Below are positions 10,455 through 20,186 of a stretch of DNA of 64,000 nt, piece after piece (position 1 is the stretch's first letter; each line of letters opens with the position of its first letter). The notes under the pieces are model-generated. The model did not search any database. It was given only the letters and a program-made list of their open reading frames with translations, and had not been told where the DNA came from. Source of the stretch: a bacterium. Lineage in GTDB: Bacteria > SZUA-182 > DTGQ01 > JAFGSM01. Location of the stretch: positions 12,225-76,224 of the forward strand of contig JBLIRO010000001.1 in NCBI GenBank assembly GCA_049472335.1, given 5' to 3'. Position numbers and translations under genes: made by a program.

Positions 10455-12329
10455 CTATAGTCCGCTATGCTCAATTAAAAATAACAATCCCAAAAGCAAA
10501 AAAGAAACAGGGAGAACGATTATCCATGGATTGACATGGAATAGCTGCGGAATTGTCAATTCCCCAAAATCACCTTTAATTAGGATTTTATTCTGTATCC
10601 TTCGATAAAGGGATGAAAATATCCCTACTCCCAAAAGTATGCCGGTGACCCCTCCCAAAAGCGCATCCAATGATCCCTGACCTACAGCCCCTGCAATCGT
10701 CCCCGGACAATAACCCAGCAGTCCGAAACCAATCCCAAAAAAAAGGCCCCCGATTACGGATGCCCCAAATGATCCTGGTTTTGGATGAAGTTCAGCCAGT
10801 CCTATACTTTTTAAAAAATGGATGCCTATCATATCGGTGATTATTGCTGTAAGCATAATTTTAACCACGGTGAAATCCACAAGCATCAGTTGCCTGATAA
10901 TTACATTATATTTTGTCCGGAAAATTTTGCCGAAATAAAGGGGCCTATTACAATGCCGGCTACAAGCATCCATTGCCAGTCTATCATAGGTACATACTTC
11001 TGGTAAATTGAGTACCTCTTTAAATCCATGTTGTTTGAGGATACTTGCACCTAACCTTGACCGATGTCCTGTACCGCAGACAACTATAGTAGGCGCCTCC
11101 GGATCCAGCTCGCTGGATCGTGTTCTAAGATCAGCTACAGGGATATTTACGGCCCCTTCTATATGAAAATTACTATATTCGCTGGGGGCCCTCACATCCA
11201 CAATTACGATCTTCTCATTACCCATTGATATTTGATGAAGCTCTTTGGCCGACAACTGAGGGATATGATTTGTCGACAAACCTGATTTGGCCCAGTTGAA
11301 CATCCCCCCATCCAGATAGCCTGCCGTTTTGTCCAGGCCTACCCTCCTTAACCAAAAAACAGCTTCATGTGCCTGTTCATTGGATTCAGCTACAAGAAGA
11401 ATAGTTGCCTCATTAGGTATGATCCATCCTGCAAACGTAGCAAAATTGCTTTCGAAATCAATATGATAAGAACCGGGGATATGTTGTCCGCCAAAGGAGT
11501 CATAATTGCGTATGTCAAGCACAACCACATTTTCCTGCTCCATTTTCACGTTAAAAGCGCTTGGGGATAATGCTTCAATAACCTCGAGATTACCCACCAG
11601 TTCAGGTCCATCCCGGTTTATCGCACTGCATCGGCTGAAATGATCAGGGGCCGCCGGCATATTCATGGTTAAGGACCTGATAAATTCCTCTTTGTTGTTG
11701 ATCAGGAGCGCCGAGTTGTATTTTTTCTCATATCCTATAGTACTTGTCCTCTTTGCTCCCATAGAGCACCCACATAAAGAACCGGCTCCATGGGCCGGGT
11801 ATACCTCACAAAAATCAGGGAGCTTAAGCAGTTTATTATGTAAGTTGTCATATAACTGTGAGGCAAGCTCCTGCGCTTTGCCCGGAAAAAGATCAGGTCT
11901 GCCCACATCTCCCACAAAGAGAGTATCTCCGCAAAATACTGCAACAGGTTCCTCTCCCCGCGCTTTATCGGCTACCACATATGAGATATGCTCAGGTGTA
12001 TGGCCCGAAGTTTCTAACACCTTAAAGGACATATCCTCGATTTGAAAGGTATCCCCTTCCGAAAGAGAAATATGATTGAATTTACACCCAGCCGATTTTG
12101 GGGCATATATCTGGGCCCCTGTCTGCTGAGCCAAGTCCAGATGACCGGAAATAAAATCCGCATGAAGGTGCGTTTCAAGGATATGCGTTATTTTTACACC
12201 CATGGATTTGGCTGTTTCCATATAAATGGAAATATCCCTGCGAGGATCGACAACAGCACAACTTTTATTTCCTCCGATCAGATAAGAGCTATGTGCAATT
12301 CCCTTAATAAAAAACTGATGGATAATCAT
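10455..12329 (-). CDS. Persulfide dioxygenase (MBL-fold, ETHE1-like) – rhodanese – rhodanese fusion (CstB-like) with a C-terminal YeeE/YedE-type half-domain
   Basis: The domains, in order: MBL fold (HxHxDH-type THLHADFISGH, PDO-like); rhodanese 1 (..GGMFNW); rhodanese 2 (active-site CGTGHRS); a C-terminal membrane segment with the DUF395 motif GLLGYCPGT. The likely start is the internal MIIHQFF. Confidence 0.75.
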   Translation of the reverse strand: MIIHQFFIKGIAHSSYLIGGNKSCAVVDPRRDISIYMETAKSMGVKITHILETHLHADFISGHLDLAQQTGAQIYAPKSAGCKFNHISLSEGDTFQIEDMSFKVLETSGHTPEHISYVVADKARGEEPVAVFCGDTLFVGDVGRPDLFPGKAQELASQLYDNLHNKLLKLPDFCEVYPAHGAGSLCGCSMGAKRTSTIGYEKKYNSALLINNKEEFIRSLTMNMPAAPDHFSRCSAINRDGPELVGNLEVIEALSPSAFNVKMEQENVVVLDIRNYDSFGGQHIPGSYHIDFESNFATFAGWIIPNEATILLVAESNEQAHEAVFWLRRVGLDKTAGYLDGGMFNWAKSGLSTNHIPQLSAKELHQISMGNEKIVIVDVRAPSEYSNFHIEGAVNIPVADLRTRSSELDPEAPTIVVCGTGHRSRLGASILKQHGFKEVLNLPEVCTYDRLAMDACSRHCNRPLYFGKIFRTKYNVIIRQLMLVDFTVVKIMLTAIITDMIGIHFLKSIGLAELHPKPGSFGASVIGGLFFGIGFGLLGYCPGTIAGAVGQGSLDALLGGVTGILLGVGIFSSLYRRIQNKILIKGDFGELTIPQLFHVNPWIIVLPVSFLLLGLLFLIEHSGL

Positions 12330-12614
12330 GATAGATACCTCCCAAAAAACTTTCCGAATAAATATGTATAAAATTTTTTTTATTTTTCTCATAATACATG
12401 AGTTAATTCAAAATGTTAATACCCCCCATTGCAATTTCTGAAAATCTCGGCGGGACCTTGATAAGAAATCCAAAATGCGAAATACAGATCTTAAAATGCA
12501 GGATTATATATTCTTTTTTAATTTCTCTACTTGATTTTTATGAATTTAGAGGTTAGGTTATAAGGATTAACAAAAGACATGGATTATTAATAAACCGAAA
12601 AAGGGGGGCTGTTC

Positions 12615-13019
12615 ATGAGACTGGCGGCATTGGACGCAGAAAAATGTGTTGGTTGCCAAAATTGTATGTTTGCTTGTTCCAGAAGGCATGATGAGGCAGG
12701 CCTTGCCAAAACCTGTATCGGCGTAAGATCTGCCGGAGGTATGGAAAGAGGATTTATGGTGATTGTTTGCAGGGCCTGTAATGATCCGCCCTGTGCGAAG
12801 GTTTGTCCTGTCGACGCCCTCCGTCTGAGAGTTGGCGGTGGAGTAAACCTGGATATAGAAAAATGTATTGGTTGCGGGAAATGCCGTGATGCCTGTATTA
12901 TTGGAGCAATCTTCTGGGACGATGAGGTAAATAAACCGATGATCTGTTTTCACTGCGGTTATTGTGTAAAATTTTGCCCTCATGGTGTTCTGGGATTAGA
13001 TAAAAAGGAAGGTGTATAG
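12615..13019 (+). CDS. 4Fe-4S ferredoxin-domain protein (polyferredoxin partner of AOR)
   Basis: Several CxxCxxC...CP clusters are present (CVGCQNCMFAC, CRACNDPPCAKVCP, CIGCGKCRDAC, CFHCGYCVKFCP). Confidence 0.8.
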   Translation: MRLAALDAEKCVGCQNCMFACSRRHDEAGLAKTCIGVRSAGGMERGFMVIVCRACNDPPCAKVCPVDALRLRVGGGVNLDIEKCIGCGKCRDACIIGAIFWDDEVNKPMICFHCGYCVKFCPHGVLGLDKKEGV

Positions 13020-13020
13020 A

Positions 13021-14781
13021 ATGCTTAAGAATGATTCCCTTTTGAATGTTCTTTATGTGGACCTTTCTAAAAAATCATTTTCGATAAAATCAAGGCCGGA
13101 CCTGTTTGATAAATATATAGGAGGCACCGGTGTGGCCATTCAGCTCCTTCATGAAGAATGTCCGGTAAATTGCGATCCCTTTAATCCGGACAATCCTATA
13201 ATACTGGCAGTGGGGCCAATGACCGGCCTTTTTCCTCTCGGTTCCAAAACTGTCGCGATTTTCAAATCCCCTCTTACTGGCAATCTGGGAGAGAGCCATT
13301 GCGGGGGAAGAAGCGCTGTAGCCATTCGGATGGCCGGATACGGAGCTATTGTCATAAAGGGCGCGAGTGAAATCCCTCTATATTTGGCTATTCACGGAAA
13401 CAAAATATTCTTCCGGGATGCCTCCACTTTGTGGGGTATGGGCAGCAGCTTCTCCGTTGGCAGAATCATAAGGGAAAACGAACCCGGCGCTGGTTTGCGA
13501 ACCATTATGAGAATCGGGAGGGCAGGTGAAAAACTTATTAAATATGCGTGTGTAACCAGTGAGACATACCGTCATTTCGGGAGATTGGGGCTGGGAGCGG
13601 TTTTTGGCAGCAAAAAATTAAAAGCCATCGCAATCTCCGGAAAATCCTCGATACCTGTAACCAATATGAAGGAGTATAAAAAAACATATAACGAAGTGTA
13701 TCAATCCGCGGTGGAATCTCCGTTAATGAAGAAATACCACGACCTTGGGACAGCGGAAAATATCCGCCCGTTAAATGAATTCGGAGGACTTCCCATCCAA
13801 AATCTTCAAAAAACCCGGTTTGACGAAACCCCTGGGATTTCCGGTGAAGCTTTTGCGGAGGACTATCTGGGCAGAAGGCTTGCCTGTTCTAACTGTCCTG
13901 TAGGATGCATCCATATTGCAGCCCTAAGGGAACCCTATGAAGATGAGGCGTATTTTTACAAGACATCAATGATTTCCTATGATTATGAGCCGATCTATTC
14001 CCTCGGTACCATGCTGGGCATAACAGATCCTGAAGGTTTCCTGAAACTCATGGATCGTATAGAAGCCTGGGCACTGGACGCAATGAGCGCGGGTGTGGTC
14101 TTGGCCTGGGCGACAGAGGCGCTGGAACGCGGAGTTATTACAGAAGGGGAGACAGAAGGGATAAAACTTAAATGGGGAGACTATGAATCTTATATAAAAG
14201 CTGTCGGGCTTATCATTGAGCAGCCAAACAAATTTTATAAAGACCTTGGGCAAGGCGTGGCTTACGCCGCTTCCCAATATGGTGGTGAAGACTTCGCCCT
14301 GGCCTTTGGTAAAAATGAAATGCCGGGATATCATACAGGACCGGCCGCACATATAGGCGTTTTGATAGGTACCAGACATAGTCATTTGGATAATGGGGGT
14401 TATAGTGTAGATCAAAAAAAACTTGCAAAAAATCCTATGGGTCCTGAAGATCTTATAGAGAATCTGGTCAAGGAAGAAAAGTGGCGACAGATCTTATCAA
14501 GTCTCGTTGTCTGCTTTTTTGCAAGGGCTCTCTACCAGCCTGATCTGGTAATACGGGCCCTTTCATTATCAGGTTTTGAGGTCAATGAAGATGATCTTAA
14601 CCGGATTGGTGAACAGATTTACAATGAAAAAAATCGATTTAAGATGCAAGAGGGTTTTTCTTTCGACAATATGCAGATTCCTTCAAGGATCTTAGAAACC
14701 CCTACTCCGATTCGGGAAATGAGCAGGGAATATATTCTTAAGGCATTGAAACATGCGAAAAGGTTTATCTCCAATACTTGA
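13021..14781 (+). CDS. aor: Tungsten-containing aldehyde:ferredoxin oxidoreductase (AOR family)
   Basis: The N-terminal AOR domain (GGTGVAIQLL, PLTG) plus the C-terminal domains give the typical ~590-aa size. The ATG at 13021 lies 2 nt after the ferredoxin stop and is preceded by an RBS. Confidence 0.85.
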   Translation: MLKNDSLLNVLYVDLSKKSFSIKSRPDLFDKYIGGTGVAIQLLHEECPVNCDPFNPDNPIILAVGPMTGLFPLGSKTVAIFKSPLTGNLGESHCGGRSAVAIRMAGYGAIVIKGASEIPLYLAIHGNKIFFRDASTLWGMGSSFSVGRIIRENEPGAGLRTIMRIGRAGEKLIKYACVTSETYRHFGRLGLGAVFGSKKLKAIAISGKSSIPVTNMKEYKKTYNEVYQSAVESPLMKKYHDLGTAENIRPLNEFGGLPIQNLQKTRFDETPGISGEAFAEDYLGRRLACSNCPVGCIHIAALREPYEDEAYFYKTSMISYDYEPIYSLGTMLGITDPEGFLKLMDRIEAWALDAMSAGVVLAWATEALERGVITEGETEGIKLKWGDYESYIKAVGLIIEQPNKFYKDLGQGVAYAASQYGGEDFALAFGKNEMPGYHTGPAAHIGVLIGTRHSHLDNGGYSVDQKKLAKNPMGPEDLIENLVKEEKWRQILSSLVVCFFARALYQPDLVIRALSLSGFEVNEDDLNRIGEQIYNEKNRFKMQEGFSFDNMQIPSRILETPTPIREMSREYILKALKHAKRFISNT

Positions 14782-14843
14782 AATCGCTTCTATATAGTTA
14801 ACTGAGGCTAAAACATATTAAAATTAAGTAAGGTTGGTATAGC

Positions 14844-15908
14844 ATGTCAAGATTTTTCAAAAAGGTTTCAAAAAAAGCCGGTCTCGCCCCGGGTTCACTT
14901 ATACATATAAGCGAAAAAAAGGTGGAAAAAGCCACGATAACGGTCATGGACTATGATGAAAAAGATCTATCCGAAAAAGAGGCAAAATCCGCTGAAGAAT
15001 GTTTCCCTTTTAAAGAGACTCCCGGTGTTACATGGATCAATGTGGACGGCCTTCATGATATTGAGCTGATCCTGAAAATAGGGGAACATTTCGATCTTCA
15101 CCCCCTTGTTCTGGAAGATATCGTGAATACTACCCAGCGTCCGAAATATGAAGATTATGGAGATTATGTCTATGTCGTTTTAAAAATGCTCTATTTCAAC
15201 GGAGTCAGGGATGAAATCAAAGCCGAGCAGGTAAGCGTAATTATCGGTAAAAATTTTATCATCTCCTTTCAGGAAGAAGAAGGGGACGTCTTTAATCCTG
15301 TCAGAGAGAGAATCAGAAATTCCAAGGGCAGGATAAGAAAAATGGGGGCGGATTATCTGGCATATGCACTGCTGGACTCGATTATTGACAATTATTTTAT
15401 CATATTGGAAAGACTTGGTGAAATGATCGAGGATATGGAAGAAGAACTGGTTCAGGAACCTTCTCCCGCAACCCTCCAGATTATCCATAAGTTAAAGACA
15501 GAGACCATATTCCTCAGAAAATCGGTATGGCCTTTGAGAGAAGTCGTCAATTCCCTGGAAAGAAAAGAATCTACATTGATTCGTGAAACCACGATCCCAT
15601 TCTTCAGGGATCTCTATGATCATACCATTCAAGTCATCGATAGCATTGAAACATTTCGGGATCTGATCTCCGGGATGCTAGACATCTATCTTTCGAGTAT
15701 CAGTAACAAAATGAACAACGTAATGAAGGTATTGACAATAATAGCTACGATTTTTATTCCCTTGACCTTTATTGCCGGGATTTATGGAATGAATTTCAAA
15801 TTTATGCCCGAGCTTGAATGGCCCTGGAGCTACCCCTTTCTCTGGGCGGTTATGATCATTATTTTTGTTGGCATGCTATTTTATTTTAAAAGGAAGAATT
15901 GGATATAA
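14844..15908 (+). CDS. corA: CorA magnesium/cobalt transporter
   Basis: The YGMNF signature precedes two C-terminal transmembrane helices; 354 aa. Confidence 0.85.
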   Translation: MSRFFKKVSKKAGLAPGSLIHISEKKVEKATITVMDYDEKDLSEKEAKSAEECFPFKETPGVTWINVDGLHDIELILKIGEHFDLHPLVLEDIVNTTQRPKYEDYGDYVYVVLKMLYFNGVRDEIKAEQVSVIIGKNFIISFQEEEGDVFNPVRERIRNSKGRIRKMGADYLAYALLDSIIDNYFIILERLGEMIEDMEEELVQEPSPATLQIIHKLKTETIFLRKSVWPLREVVNSLERKESTLIRETTIPFFRDLYDHTIQVIDSIETFRDLISGMLDIYLSSISNKMNNVMKVLTIIATIFIPLTFIAGIYGMNFKFMPELEWPWSYPFLWAVMIIIFVGMLFYFKRKNWI

Positions 15909-15934
15909 GTTTCTTTAGATAAAGATTGGATTAA

Positions 15935-17761
15935 ATGAAGATCGGAGCATGGTATCAGTGTGACGGGAGATGCGGATTTTCAGTTTGGGCGCCTTTCTTA
16001 AAACATGTAAGCTGTGAAATTGTAGCTCCAGAAAAGTTATCGATACCTCTTCAAAAGTATGAACTGGGTTACTGGAAAGGTTCGGTCAGCGGAATCTCTC
16101 CTGGCTCCCGATACTATTTTAAGCTTGAAGAAAACCTTTTAAGGCCCGACCCGGCATCCCATTTTCAGCCTGAGGGTGTCCACGGCCCTTCAATGGTCAT
16201 TGATCATGAAAAATTCCAATGGGGCGACAGTTCATGGCAGGGCATTCCCCTTGAAAAGATGATTATCTACGAGATTCATACCGGAACGTTTACGCATGAG
16301 GGGACCTTTGAAGCCTGTATCGGAAGGCTCGATAATCTTCTTGACCTGGGGGTGAACACTATAGAGATAATGCCTGTTGCCCAATTCCCCGGAGAAAGAA
16401 ACTGGGGCTATGACGGTGTCCATCCCTTCGCCGTACAAAATTCCTATGGAGGACCTCGAGGTCTTAAGGGATTGGTTAATGCCTGTCATATCCGGGGGAT
16501 ATCCGTTATCCTCGATGTTGTGTATAATCACCTGGGACCTGAAGGGAATTATCTGGCTGATTTCGGGCCTTACTTTACTGATAAATACAAAACACCCTGG
16601 GGTAAGGCGGTTAACTTTGACGGCGCATATTCAGACAGCGTCAGGGATTTTATGATTCAAAATGCCCTGTACTGGTTCGAATACTATCATATAGACGCCC
16701 TAAGGCTGGATGCCGTTCATGGCATTTATGACACAGGGGCTAAACATATTTTGGAGGAACTGGCTGAAAAGGCCGGAGAATTTTCGAATACCCATAAGAG
16801 GGAATTCTATCTTATCGCCGAAAGTGACCTGAACGATGTCAGGGTCATCCGAAACAGGGAATCCGGGGGTTACGGCATCGACGCCCAGTGGTGCGACGAC
16901 TTTCATCACTCGGTCCATACTATTCTTACCCAGGAAAAGAGCGGTTATTATATGGATTTTGGGAAGGTTGAAAACCTGGTAAAATCCCTTCAGGAAGGTT
17001 TCGTTTATTCATGGGAATATTCTCCCTATCGTAAAAGGCATCATGGAAGCCCTTCAAGGGATTTGCCGGCCGATCGGTTCGTGACCTTTATCCAGAATCA
17101 CGATCAGGTCGGCAACAGGATGCTCGGAGAAAGACTGGCACAACGGGTTTCCTTCGAGGCGTTAAAGCTCGCAGCGGGCGTCCTGATGGTTTCACCTTAT
17201 ATTCCTTTATTATTCATGGGGGAGGAATATGCGGAGGATGCGCCTTTTCTTTATTTTATCAGCCACCTGGATGATAACCTTATCAGGGCTGTCAGGGAGG
17301 GACGAAAAAGGGAATTTTCGGCCTTCCAATGGAAAGGAGAGCCCCCTGATCCCCAAAGCCACGAAACTTTTTTGAAGACAAAGCTGCAATGGGATAAACA
17401 GAAGGGGGGGAAACATAAAGTTATCCGGGGCTTTTATCAGCAAGTTATTCGATTCCGAAAGGAAATCCCTGCGCTTTCCAATTTGAATAAGGATAATCTT
17501 AAGGCCTGGCATCTGCCTGATAAGTCTGTCATCTTTCTCACAAGACGGCACAGAGTAAGCAAGATCCTCTCCATAATGAATTTCAGCGATCAACAACAAT
17601 CCCTCCTGGTGGATTTTATCGAAGGCAAAGGGGTAAAACGCCTTGATTCCAGTGAAACCAAATGGATGGGACCGGGCGGCTTTATGCCTGAATCCATAGA
17701 AAAAGGACAACAGGTAACTATAGGGCCCTCAGGCTTTATATTATACGAGATGGAAACCTGA
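15935..17761 (+). CDS. treZ: Malto-oligosyltrehalose trehalohydrolase (TreZ, GH13)
   Basis: GH13 catalytic regions (GVNTIEIMPV, VILDVVYNHLG, GFRLDA-like LRLDAVH, IAESD, NHDQ) and an N-terminal E-set domain are present. Confidence 0.8.
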   Translation: MKIGAWYQCDGRCGFSVWAPFLKHVSCEIVAPEKLSIPLQKYELGYWKGSVSGISPGSRYYFKLEENLLRPDPASHFQPEGVHGPSMVIDHEKFQWGDSSWQGIPLEKMIIYEIHTGTFTHEGTFEACIGRLDNLLDLGVNTIEIMPVAQFPGERNWGYDGVHPFAVQNSYGGPRGLKGLVNACHIRGISVILDVVYNHLGPEGNYLADFGPYFTDKYKTPWGKAVNFDGAYSDSVRDFMIQNALYWFEYYHIDALRLDAVHGIYDTGAKHILEELAEKAGEFSNTHKREFYLIAESDLNDVRVIRNRESGGYGIDAQWCDDFHHSVHTILTQEKSGYYMDFGKVENLVKSLQEGFVYSWEYSPYRKRHHGSPSRDLPADRFVTFIQNHDQVGNRMLGERLAQRVSFEALKLAAGVLMVSPYIPLLFMGEEYAEDAPFLYFISHLDDNLIRAVREGRKREFSAFQWKGEPPDPQSHETFLKTKLQWDKQKGGKHKVIRGFYQQVIRFRKEIPALSNLNKDNLKAWHLPDKSVIFLTRRHRVSKILSIMNFSDQQQSLLVDFIEGKGVKRLDSSETKWMGPGGFMPESIEKGQQVTIGPSGFILYEMET

Positions 17762-17762
17762 A

Positions 17763-20186
17763 ATGAACCGCCATATTTGTATTCATGGTCATTTCTATCA
17801 ACTGCCGAGAGAAAATCCCTGGCTGGAAGAGGTGGAGCTTCAGGACTCGGCCTATCCTTACCATGACTGGAACAAAAAGATCGTTGAGGAATGTTACGCA
17901 CCCAATACCGCTTCCAGGATACTGGACTCGGAGCGAAAAATCATTGATATCGTAAATAATTATTCCAAAATGAGTTTTAATTTCGGCCCTGCCCTACTCA
18001 AATGGCTGAAAAAGAATGAGCCTGATATCTATAAAGCGATTCTGGAAGCGGACAAGATCAGCCAGGATCGGTTTTCCAACCATGGCTCGGCCATTGCGCA
18101 ATGCTACAATCATATGATCATGCCCCTTGCCAACCCCCGTGACAAAAGGACTCAGATCCTCTGGGGGATAAGGGATTTTAAGGCAAGATTCGGCAGAAAT
18201 CCCGAAGGGATGTGGCTTCCAGAGACGGCTGTCGATCTCGAGTCTCTGGATCTCATGGCAGAACAAGGGATAAGGTTCACCATCCTTGCACCTTGTCAGG
18301 CAAGGCAAGTAAGAAGGATAGGCGATAATCAATGGAATGATGTTACCGGGGCAAAGATTGACCCGAAAATGCCTTACCTGTGCCGGCTCCCTTCAGGGAG
18401 AACGATTGCCCTGTTTTTTTATGACGGCCCCATATCCCGTGATATTGCCTTCACGGATGTACTAAATAACGGAGAAAATTTTGCAGGGCGGTTGTTGAGC
18501 GGCTTTTCAGAGCATCATGATCATCAACTTCTTCATGTGGCAACAGACGGAGAGACCTATGGTCATCATCATAAACATGGTGATATGGCCCTGGCCTATT
18601 GCCTTTACTATCTGGAAACAAATAATCTGGCCAAAATCACTATTTATGGTGAATATCTGGAGGCGCATCCCCCTGATCACGAGGTGGAGATATTTGAAAA
18701 TTCCTCATGGAGCTGTACCCACGGAATTGAAAGGTGGAAAAAAAATTGTGGATGCAATACAAGTACACATCCCAGCTGGAACCAAAATTGGCGATCAGTC
18801 TTAAAGGGGGCAATGGATTGGCTGAGGGACAACCTCATACAGATCTATGAAAGGCAAATGTCATCTTATATTAAAGATCCCTGGTTAGCCAGGGATGATT
18901 ATATTATGGTCATAGCAAACAGATCGCCTGACAACGTGGAACAATTTTTTATAAAACATGCAATCCGGGATTTATCAAAAGAAGACAAGGTCCATGTGCT
19001 GAAGCTTTTAGAGATGCAGAGACATGCCATGCTTATGTACACAAGTTGCGGATGGTTTTTCGATGATATATCCGGTCTGGAAACCATTCAGGTCATGCAG
19101 TTTGCCGCGAGGGCCATGCAACTGGCGCAGGAAGTGAGCAACCTGTCTTTAGAGGAAACCTATATCACACTACTTGAGCGGGCATCAAGCAATGTTCCCA
19201 AATATCAAAACGGAGGAAAAATCTACATAGAATTCGTAAAACCTGCAGTCCTGGACTTGCTGAGGGTAGGCATCCATTATGCTGTTTCCTCCCTGTTCGA
19301 GGATTATACGAACCCTAAAATCATCTATAGCTATACCATCGAAAGTCAAATCCATGAAAAAGAGGAGGCCGGAAAACAGAAGCTGGCTCTAGGAAAAGCC
19401 TTAGTACATTCCGATATTACATGGGACGAAAACATTATCAGTTTTGCCATTTTGCATCTGGGTGATCATAATTTGATCGGAGGTGTCCGTGAGTTCATGG
19501 GCAAAGTCAAGTTTTCGGAAATGCAAGCGAAAATAAAAGATGCCTTTGTGAAAGGTGATATTTCAAGGGCCATCGAATCAATAGAAAAATACTTCGATAC
19601 AGGTAATTGTTCCCTCTGGCATTTATTTAAGGATGTGCAGAGAAAGGTCTTAAATCAGATCATTCATGACACCTTAAATGAGGTGGAGGGATCTTTAAGA
19701 CAGATAAATGAACACCACTATTCCATCATCCAGGTAATGAGGCAGTTGAATGTGCCTCTGCCGAGGGTCCTTGCGCTCACGGAAGAATTCATTCATAACA
19801 CGGACCTGCTTAACCTTATGGAATGCGAAGAAATCGATATTCAGCGCCTTCAGAAACTGATAGAGAAGATAGAGGAAGGGTCGTTCAATGTGGATAAAAC
19901 CACACTCAATTTTTTAATAAATAATAAAATCAATACAATGATGAGGGAATTTTCCCAAAATCCTTATAATCCCTCTTTATTGGGATCAGCCGAATCCCTG
20001 CTCCGGGCTCTGGATCCATTGTCCCTGAGTCTGGATCTATGGGAGGCACAGAATATCTATTTTTCCGTAGGAAAACAATTTCTGACGGAAATGGAAGACA
20101 TGGCCGGCAGGGGTGATGAAAAAGCCGACAACTGGTTGAAATGTTTCCAAAAAATGGGTGATTATTTACAGGTAAAGATTGTGTAA
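17763..20186 (+). CDS. Glycoside hydrolase family 57 protein with C-terminal DUF3536-like extension
   Basis: The N-terminus ICIHGHFYQLPRENPW is characteristic of GH57/DUF3536 proteins. The gene sits between treZ and treY. Confidence 0.7.
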   Translation: MNRHICIHGHFYQLPRENPWLEEVELQDSAYPYHDWNKKIVEECYAPNTASRILDSERKIIDIVNNYSKMSFNFGPALLKWLKKNEPDIYKAILEADKISQDRFSNHGSAIAQCYNHMIMPLANPRDKRTQILWGIRDFKARFGRNPEGMWLPETAVDLESLDLMAEQGIRFTILAPCQARQVRRIGDNQWNDVTGAKIDPKMPYLCRLPSGRTIALFFYDGPISRDIAFTDVLNNGENFAGRLLSGFSEHHDHQLLHVATDGETYGHHHKHGDMALAYCLYYLETNNLAKITIYGEYLEAHPPDHEVEIFENSSWSCTHGIERWKKNCGCNTSTHPSWNQNWRSVLKGAMDWLRDNLIQIYERQMSSYIKDPWLARDDYIMVIANRSPDNVEQFFIKHAIRDLSKEDKVHVLKLLEMQRHAMLMYTSCGWFFDDISGLETIQVMQFAARAMQLAQEVSNLSLEETYITLLERASSNVPKYQNGGKIYIEFVKPAVLDLLRVGIHYAVSSLFEDYTNPKIIYSYTIESQIHEKEEAGKQKLALGKALVHSDITWDENIISFAILHLGDHNLIGGVREFMGKVKFSEMQAKIKDAFVKGDISRAIESIEKYFDTGNCSLWHLFKDVQRKVLNQIIHDTLNEVEGSLRQINEHHYSIIQVMRQLNVPLPRVLALTEEFIHNTDLLNLMECEEIDIQRLQKLIEKIEEGSFNVDKTTLNFLINNKINTMMREFSQNPYNPSLLGSAESLLRALDPLSLSLDLWEAQNIYFSVGKQFLTEMEDMAGRGDEKADNWLKCFQKMGDYLQVKIV

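Noticed and set aside
12330-12392. N-terminal 21-aa extension of the PDO-rhodanese ORF (MRKIKKILYIFIRKVFWEVSI)
   Set aside because: The conserved MBL-fold N-terminus begins at the internal MIIHQFF. The extension is AT-rich read-through into the divergent promoter region.
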